The position numbers and the translations under genes are program-made. This document shows positions 59,001 through 64,000 of a DNA stretch of 64,000 bases, piece after piece. The notes under the pieces were generated by a model. It saw nothing but the letters and a program-made list of their open reading frames with translations. It was not told the DNA's origin and searched no databases. Position 1 is the stretch's first letter. Each line of letters opens with the position of its first letter. The stretch is from a virus (lineage: Duplodnaviria > Caudoviricetes). Location of the stretch: the IMG/VR virus record IMGVR_UViG_3300030376_007323, positions 30,010 to 94,009 of that record. One strand, 5' to 3'.

Positions 59001-59164
59001 TGAACACCGTAGGGTGGCGGTAATGGGTTTCCATCCGCTAAATAAGAACTTCTTAAATTTTTCCCTAACAAATGTTTCCTCAAAATCTCAGTACTTTTAA
59101 TACTAATATTATAGTCACCTTGTCCGTATGGGTTTTGTATGTTACTATTTGTCTTTTGAGGCAT
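56081..59164 (-). CDS. Baseplate/tail-tube initiator-like protein
   Basis: MWFPPYD..W....LGRPEPVYTY...R and LRIGDFY..I.IDSVSFSY..P..ANV...FKFIG, split by a low-complexity linker; lies downstream of the tape measure. Confidence 0.6.
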   Translation of the reverse strand: MPQKTNSNIQNPYGQGDYNISIKSTEILRKHLLGKNLRSSYLADGNPLPPPYGVQMPGEFSYETQSDYHIIDQKTVSEIGEGPQTNLFLDNSYGPQGGYKDVLLVDVKKVLPRKQTDYISPSTLQPQAFVSSQYTPAEILETVNITDNMINTMNSNILDDSELMRTSSGYLRRNLAHLQAQYLTQKSDGPQGGWEYDISSSPGKKELEGTDFMSRITNLYFGYSTIPGDYFDSTFVPNINELAENGILKGSETDPFDSFQATASALVSSLTGGDAIPKSPMAYPNPSDAFIEYMGKEQQSALFNNLQYNIFRPDYTRVRLANEVEAVRAYYYVGSKNSEPSRIQSPMGAVPQDEFGRNVAALVYGPSTVAKELETVDGSPLWQFYKFGLAGEAYTDGGTLDGGWTWFGSTSVASLNAPPGLLLSRSHRKPKRKGGILAQTQKLIDSAPLMGGARRKHAGHAIDQTSKVFNDGYKEIPKGSGVRRVGEGFLGGTTVDGYCRSWTKDNPYYKFKNMVRHKGNHLGKTNSVLTNTFNLNIAPVMGENVDTNVKQKNVKKYMFSLENLAWRGTSELQKLPLSERGPNGGRIMWFPPYDLTFGDTNSAQWNSVNFLGRPEPVYTYNYTERIGTLGWKMVVDHSSILNEIAQNTLKNVTDWKADETLHAFFAGCKEYDIYELASKFPNVSLDDLITAQNEVTEQFNANPEGTLSEETTPTPPMTGVPPEGGTASFGGEGSTGTFNLNDIDVTSSGGTATNDLPGNNNSDFGFFDENPQTTITSDQQAIQNSQSSEEPSRNLDTTKILARLLGEENYFQTLQEEDEFIYNSLKRELQHFHPSFHSTTPEGLNSRLTFLLQCTRPGNTIPTVTSDGKKIVDADNTAFGAPPICVLRIGDFYHTKIAIDSVSFSYDPLVLDMNPEGIGLQPMIANVQMNFKFIGGQGLKEPVSRLQNALSFNFFGNTEMYDNKAFQTEGTPLLPNEQDIITSLEAQQANQSSNNEGGTSEDGEEGGQVSGEQEGGSFWNFWNNSTP

Positions 59165-59205
59165 TTATTATTGGTTTTTATTATAAATAGATTATAAAAA
59201 TATTT

Positions 59206-61353
59206 TTATGATTGTAACATCATGTAAAAATCTTTGCTGGCCGCACTATTCCTATTGAATGCTCTTACTACATCTTCAGCGGAAACTGTACCTCTCCCAC
59301 CTTGGGAATCTCTTATTGTTAGTTCACCTGTTATTTTGTGTTCTTTTACACCAGAATTCACTGTTTGTGTCATATTTGTTGTCATATTACTAACCTCATT
59401 TAGTAATTCAGTATTACCACCCATACCACCTTGTAGTATAGCGTCTAACTCTGTACCACCTATTATTAAATCCCCCTTGTTAAATCTTAGAGGTTCACTC
59501 ATCCCAGGTCTTAATATAAAATCATTTGCGGGTGGCAAAACGTTTTCCCAGTCCTTTGATGTGGTAGCTCCTAAACCAACAGAAGCATCCTTTACTAAAC
59601 CTAGGGCCTCTTTACTTAATGTACCACCTAGATTACCGATTAACTTCGCTATCTCTTCTGTATCACCACCCATCATGGTCTCCATTTGTTCTTCCGTTAA
59701 TAGATTCATTTTTCCTGCTGCGGTTTGTGAGAAGGCTTCTTCCAAAGCATCTCTCATGTCACCACCCATTGAGTCAACCATCATCCTTACCCCTGTATCA
59801 ATTAAAGCTAAATACTGATTTGCTTTTTCTGCCACTGTCAATTGTTGTTTATAGATGTCAGTATCACTCATACCTTCTTTTCTTAACAACTCTAGTTGTT
59901 CATCAGTAACATCTGCGACATTGACTAATTCATCAACACCTGGTATTTTAACCTCCGCTGCCCCACCTTTCCCTATTTGAGCCATTGAAGCTATTAGTTC
60001 TTTATCTTCAGGACTAATACCTTCTGTAAACTCCATTTGTGATAAAACTGCTGATTCTCTTGCGGCTTTAGTAGCGGCGTCGGCTAGGTCTTGGTAATTC
60101 ATACCCATCGCTTTTGCTTGGTCTCTTAACTGTCTTTGGGTTGCGGGTGCTATTACAAATTTATTTTTTGTTTCATCAAATGTTGCAGCTGCGGCCGCAG
60201 TATCAATAATGGCTGTTTGTAGACCTTCTAGGTCATTACTAGCCATATACATTAATTTAAATGGGTCGGTAAGGTCACTGGCCGCTCCACCAATCACTTG
60301 CATTTGTGCCGCAAATTCTATAGCCCCTTCTGGGTCTAGTAAATTTTCCGCCAGACCTGTAACATCCCCCATTTCAACACCTAATCTTTGAGCTCTAGCT
60401 ACCATTCTTGATAGTCCTTGTACTCCGTTTTCGAATTGGTATGTGTTTATAAGTTTAATCTCACCTGAAACATTTTTTAAGAATGTTTCCATCACTACAC
60501 CCATAGCCCTACCTGTTTTGAGTACGTCAGACATAGCGTTATTAGTATCGTCAACACCACCTATAGCACTTTCCAAACTAAAGCCAATTCTATCAAATGC
60601 GTCTGCGAATGCAGCTCCATCAAAACCTTCTAAAGTTTTAGTTAAAAGAGCAACCCTTGTTGTGACTTCAGGTGGTATACGTAAATTCCTACCAATCTCT
60701 AGGGATATGGCTTTAAATGTTTCGAATAACTGGTCTACTGTGAGTCCCCACTGATATGATGATTTTCCAGCCTCATTTAATTCGTCTATGGTATCGAATA
60801 ACTGTTCATTAGTCATCCCTAAAGACTGAGAAATACCTATTCTAAGGGTATCTTCTAAAGCTAACATATCTAATATGAACCCCATATTTTCTTTTATGTC
60901 AGCAGTGCTTAGTGCACCACCCTTTAAAAGTTCACCTAACTTATTAACTTCCCCAACAGACAAACCTTCTCTAGAGACCCTTTCTTTTTGTGCTTCTTCA
61001 AATAAACCTAAAGTACCAGACCCATAATTACCACCCTTATAAGAACTTTTACCCCCATCTTTTACACCCTTTTCATAAGCTTCTTTAACCGCTTTATCAA
61101 TTGCATCCTGTGTTGCTTGGTCTACAAATGATGGTATGGGATTATCTATACCCAACAATTTAGCTAACTTTAGTGATGTTGGGTTACCTTTCTTACCCAT
61201 TTTTTTAATGGATTTTATACGGGATTGTCGATTAGGTTCGTCTTTATAGTTAAAAACCCCTATAGGCACACCTAATTCGGGGTGAAAAGCTAAATAAGGT
61301 TTAGCTCCAGATAAAATCCCCTCAATAAATAATTGTTTAAGAAAGTTCAACAT
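59206..61353 (-). CDS. Tape measure protein
   Basis: Ala/Gly/Met-rich helical 715 aa following tube and chaperones; C-terminal NDFILRPG...KGDLIIGGT. Confidence 0.7.
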   Translation of the reverse strand: MLNFLKQLFIEGILSGAKPYLAFHPELGVPIGVFNYKDEPNRQSRIKSIKKMGKKGNPTSLKLAKLLGIDNPIPSFVDQATQDAIDKAVKEAYEKGVKDGGKSSYKGGNYGSGTLGLFEEAQKERVSREGLSVGEVNKLGELLKGGALSTADIKENMGFILDMLALEDTLRIGISQSLGMTNEQLFDTIDELNEAGKSSYQWGLTVDQLFETFKAISLEIGRNLRIPPEVTTRVALLTKTLEGFDGAAFADAFDRIGFSLESAIGGVDDTNNAMSDVLKTGRAMGVVMETFLKNVSGEIKLINTYQFENGVQGLSRMVARAQRLGVEMGDVTGLAENLLDPEGAIEFAAQMQVIGGAASDLTDPFKLMYMASNDLEGLQTAIIDTAAAAATFDETKNKFVIAPATQRQLRDQAKAMGMNYQDLADAATKAARESAVLSQMEFTEGISPEDKELIASMAQIGKGGAAEVKIPGVDELVNVADVTDEQLELLRKEGMSDTDIYKQQLTVAEKANQYLALIDTGVRMMVDSMGGDMRDALEEAFSQTAAGKMNLLTEEQMETMMGGDTEEIAKLIGNLGGTLSKEALGLVKDASVGLGATTSKDWENVLPPANDFILRPGMSEPLRFNKGDLIIGGTELDAILQGGMGGNTELLNEVSNMTTNMTQTVNSGVKEHKITGELTIRDSQGGRGTVSAEDVVRAFNRNSAASKDFYMMLQS

Positions 61354-61376
61354 AGTTTTTATTTAACTATAAATAG

Positions 61377-61589
61377 TTAATATGATGATTTCGATTTGTT
61401 TTTTGCTTGTTCGTAAGACTCTTTCTTTTTATTGAATTCTTCTACTAGTGTATTTATGTAGAATCTTCTTTCAAATGTAGGCATGTATAGGAGGTCTCTC
61501 CATGGTATATGGAGGTGTCTCATCAAATAATAAAACTCTTGCAATAGGGCATTCCTATAGCCCGTAGAAAGGACGAAAAAACTCAACAC
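61377..61589 (-). CDS. gp51-like tail/baseplate assembly chaperone; probable C-terminal extension reached by frameshift
   Basis: EFYYLMRH..DLLYMPTFERRFYI resembles gp51/TAC-T; overlaps the upstream ORF in the +1 frame; only GTG/TTG starts. Confidence 0.7.
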   Translation of the reverse strand: MLSFFVLSTGYRNALLQEFYYLMRHLHIPWRDLLYMPTFERRFYINTLVEEFNKKKESYEQAKNKSKSSY

Positions 61590-62313
61590 CCAATGAAATT
61601 CTTACTTTCATTTCTTCTCCTGATGGTGTTGTTGTTGGTATGTTAAGGTCTAGTCCTGGTGTATTCTCTCTAATAACTTTTCTAATACTTTGAGAATCTT
61701 TTATAGGCATAGTTTGTATCATTTGAGATATAGTCATAGGGTCCCTTACTCCGTCTATTTCTGTAACCATTCTCTCTAATTGTTTAGTCATGTAAGGATT
61801 GATTGGGTCGTTCTTATATCTTTTATCTATTTCTTGTAGATATAGTTCGTCCGCTGGTGATAAAAATTTTAATTTTATTTTTTTCTTTGATTGTTCTAAC
61901 AAATACTCAAACTCGTTTTTTTCATCAACCACCACATTACTCTCTTTTAGTTTTAAAACGGACAAATCAAGTGTTGTTTCAAACTCTTTTTTAGTTTTAG
62001 GGTCGGTCAAGGTCACAGTATAGTCTGAACCAAAAGCTGTGTTTCTTAAAAATATAAGGACCGCTTCTTTATCACAATCCGGCATATCACTAACTACAAT
62101 ATCTTTGTCTAATATTTTTTTAGTTAGTAAGGACTCTACTAGAGTTCCCGCTTGTTGTACTGCGGGGGAAGCTAGTAAATTTTCATCTGATGCGTTTAAG
62201 TAGGTAACTTTAAGTGTTTTCTTTTTATTGGTATAGAATAACCCCTGTGATGGTAAAGTTACCACGTCATAAGGTAAAATCGTTTCTTCCGGATTTGGTA
62301 TTTGTTCTTGCAT
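61555..62313 (-). CDS. gp26-like baseplate hub/tail assembly chaperone
   Basis: VTLPSQGLFY; DENLL; DKEAVLIFLRNTAFG..Y; PGLDL; ends GVEFF. Confidence 0.75.
   Translation of the reverse strand: MQEQIPNPEETILPYDVVTLPSQGLFYTNKKKTLKVTYLNASDENLLASPAVQQAGTLVESLLTKKILDKDIVVSDMPDCDKEAVLIFLRNTAFGSDYTVTLTDPKTKKEFETTLDLSVLKLKESNVVVDEKNEFEYLLEQSKKKIKLKFLSPADELYLQEIDKRYKNDPINPYMTKQLERMVTEIDGVRDPMTISQMIQTMPIKDSQSIRKVIRENTPGLDLNIPTTTPSGEEMKVRISLGVEFFRPFYGL
61572..61581 (-). other. Candidate +1 ribosomal frameshift site UUU_UUU_CGU_C
   Basis: Sense GAG TTT TTT CGT CCT; +1 slip gives TTC GTC CTT, in frame with 61377..61589. Confidence 0.6.
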
Positions 62314-62430
62314 AGCTTATAATTTAATATATATATTATATTTGTAAATATATTTTTAGTTTTTATTATTTTAAATAGGTTGCGCTATAAGCTTGGTATA
62401 ATGTATTGATAAAGTCAAGTAATTTGCAAT

Positions 62431-62456
62431 AAAAAAGCCCTTGGTTAGGGCTTTTT
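62431..62456 (-). terminator. Intrinsic terminator after the tail tube gene (potentially bidirectional)
   Basis: AAAAAGCCCT-aacca-AGGGCTTTTTT hairpin 20 nt after the stop. Confidence 0.85.
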
Positions 62457-62475
62457 AAAATATATTTGTTTTAGT

Positions 62476-62964
62476 TTAGTAAACTAATATACATCTATCC
62501 GGTCTTAGTGTTGCTGAAATTGTAGCTAACCCATCATCACTATAACCTAAACTATCGAAATTAACGTCTGTTAAGAACGTACCCTGCATTATCCACTTTT
62601 CTACCACAACACCTGTCGGGTCTAACATTTCTAAGTCTATATTCTTTTTATAACCAGCTGCGTACCCCATTCTACCAGTTACCGATTCAGAATGTAATCT
62701 TACCCACTCCATTAGAGCTTGTGCTGCTGATGGACCTATTGGGTCTCTGAAGGTTACATTTATCGTGTTCCACGTAAATCTACCTGCTACGTAAGTAGAT
62801 GTGTTTAAAAATGGTACCTCTACTGAATTTATGGTTATTTGTGGTCTCGACGTACTCTCCACATACCATTCATTTATGCCTAAAGAAGAATCAAATCTTA
62901 ATATAAACCTATTTTTTCTTTTAGGTTCATAAGGTATAGGCATTTTCATTAATAAATCGGCCAT
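62476..62964 (-). CDS. Tail tube protein (T4 gp19-like)
   Basis: EPKRKNRF; YVAGRFTWNTINVTFRD; WVR; GYKKNI; EKW...G.F; ATLRPD. Confidence 0.85.
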   Translation of the reverse strand: MADLLMKMPIPYEPKRKNRFILRFDSSLGINEWYVESTSRPQITINSVEVPFLNTSTYVAGRFTWNTINVTFRDPIGPSAAQALMEWVRLHSESVTGRMGYAAGYKKNIDLEMLDPTGVVVEKWIMQGTFLTDVNFDSLGYSDDGLATISATLRPDRCILVY

Positions 62965-63002
62965 GTTTTTATTTTTTTAATTTATTTATTTTTTTATATA
63001 TC

Positions 63003-63010
63003 TATAAATA
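63003..63010 (-). promoter_or_regulatory. TATTTATA late-promoter-like motif upstream of the tail tube gene (representative of at least 11 copies)
   Basis: Same sense-strand TATTTAT core at 11126, 23084, 37316, 39685, 43405, 47238, 48289, 59182, 61368, 63898. Confidence 0.65.
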
Positions 63011-63035
63011 TAACGGTAATGAAAAAAATGTTACA

Positions 63036-63893
63036 TTACACTTGTTTTAATACTATTTTATTCATACCACCTTCTGAAGTATCGTAAACAATAAAGTCTA
63101 CCTCTGGAAATTCTACTTGTAATACCTCCTGTATAAAATCTACTATCGCATTTATATTACCCAAATCATCGTCACTAAATCCCACAGATAGTTTATTATA
63201 ATCAGTATTTACCATTTCTCCCACTTTTGTAACTATTTTTGTTACATAATCTCGTAAAGCTATTTTTTTATTTTCTTCGGGATTAACCGCAGACCCACTC
63301 TCTAAACCAAATTTATCGGTAAATCTTTCTGATGTTACTGGGTGATAATCATGTGAATCTAAATAAGTTTTTATCACAACATCTAAATCTTCACCATCTA
63401 ATTCAGGGTATATCTGTTGTATATTGTCTATCATTCTTCCTAGTTCTTCTTCACTAAACGTTTCAGATATGACAATGTCCATACCTTTTCTTATGGTTTG
63501 AGGGTCGTGCCCTCTAGCTGTTATAATCGATATTGGATTTGCGTAAATAAGAGCTTCTTTAAATTTTTCAAATGAGGGAGCGAAAGACTTAGTCTCTAAG
63601 GCTTTTTTTAAGTCACCCAAAAAAGCATCCTCATCTATAAAATTATCAAATGCCCCATCATCTAATTTATAATTTTCATCATTCCTTAAATTAGCGAACT
63701 CCTCAGTACTAACCTCAATTTTTTCCCAACCAGAATCACCTTTCTTTAACATTTTAATTTTAGTGGGCATTCTCATAATATTATCGTCCCAATCAAAAGA
63801 ATAAGCCCTTATAGCGTTATTAGGCCCATCTTCATTTAATAAAGTAGATATTTTTTTAAGTTGTTTTTCCGTTATAATAATATTAGTACTCAT
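63036..63893 (-). CDS. HAD-superfamily (PNKP-like phosphatase fold) protein; likely start MSTN at 63893
   Basis: FDWDDN motif I; IITARG motif II; K..FSDDD.GN motifs III/IV; the track's TTG start lies across the promoter motif. Confidence 0.7.
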   Translation of the reverse strand: MSTNIIITEKQLKKISTLLNEDGPNNAIRAYSFDWDDNIMRMPTKIKMLKKGDSGWEKIEVSTEEFANLRNDENYKLDDGAFDNFIDEDAFLGDLKKALETKSFAPSFEKFKEALIYANPISIITARGHDPQTIRKGMDIVISETFSEEELGRMIDNIQQIYPELDGEDLDVVIKTYLDSHDYHPVTSERFTDKFGLESGSAVNPEENKKIALRDYVTKIVTKVGEMVNTDYNKLSVGFSDDDLGNINAIVDFIQEVLQVEFPEVDFIVYDTSEGGMNKIVLKQV

Positions 63894-63914
63894 ATAATAT
63901 AAATACAAATTAAT

Positions 63915-63945
63915 TTTGTTTATTCACTTATTTTAATTATCTTTG
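63915..63945 (+). promoter_or_regulatory. Bacteroidota sigma-A consensus promoter
   Basis: TTTG (63915-63918), 19-nt spacer, TATCTTTG (63938-63945). Confidence 0.75.
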
Positions 63946-63949
63946 TACT

Positions 63950-64000
63950 ATGAATAATTTATTAAAGTTACTGGTAGTTATATTTTTTGTTTCTTGTGAA
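63950..64000 (+). CDS. Partial ORF: probable lipoprotein
   Basis: MNNLLKLLVVIFFVSCE: Lys, hydrophobic core, SC lipobox; directly after the promoter. Confidence 0.6.
   Translation, partial: MNNLLKLLVVIFFVSCE

Noticed and set aside
31-62023. Numerous plus-strand ORFs (e.g. 59234..59818, 54158..54634, 36385..36786) and short nested minus-strand ORFs
   Set aside because: Antisense or alternate-frame shadows of long genes with clear motifs; no recognisable domains
62314-62475. tRNA or ncRNA in the largest intergenic gap
   Set aside because: Very AT-rich; only the terminator hairpin is evident, no cloverleaf
37371-62964. Tailocin/eCIS/T6SS locus of a bacterium
   Set aside because: Interleaved with phage-type primase, helicase, gp32-like SSB, RNR and resolvase; no housekeeping genes
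63894-63908. TTG start at 63908 given by the ORF track
   Set aside because: The extension spans the TATTTATA motif; ATG at 63893 is more plausible
1-64000. Stop-codon reassignment (TAG to Gln) as in some jumbo phages
   Set aside because: Coding density is near complete under code 11, and TAG ends genes at coupled junctions (355, 2034, 22852, 31888)

Overview
AT-rich 64-kb segment of a large (jumbo-type) contractile-tailed bacteriophage, standard genetic code. Essentially every real gene is on the minus strand. Order in the direction of transcription (right to left): HAD-like protein; tail tube; gp26-like/gp51-like chaperone pair; tape measure; tube-initiator/hub proteins, including a 2105-aa hub ending in an M23 peptidase; an inserted replication/recombination block (gp32-like SSB, RecA, SlyD-type PPIase, 5'-3' exonuclease, DnaB-like helicase, class II RNR, two small Cys proteins); gp25-like and gp6-like baseplate wedges; a ~33-kb run of large baseplate/appendage genes; then RuvC-like resolvase, primase, PD-(D/E)XK nuclease, a ParB-membrane fusion and an Mre11/SbcD-like nuclease. 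A Bacteroidota host is inferred from a consensus TTTG-N19-TAnnTTTG promoter, a lipoprotein signal, SprB-like repeats and A-rich leaders without Shine-Dalgarno sequences. Main oddities: (1) a modular appendage locus containing a 2619-aa protein with about 220 Cys and seven CBM5/12-like modules, a dockerin protein, and separated halves of a tail-collar-like fold; (2) a candidate +1 frameshift at UUU_UUU_CGU_C joining the two chaperone ORFs; (3) a recurrent sense-strand TATTTAT(A) promoter-like motif. Family assignments are from motif recognition only; no searches were run.
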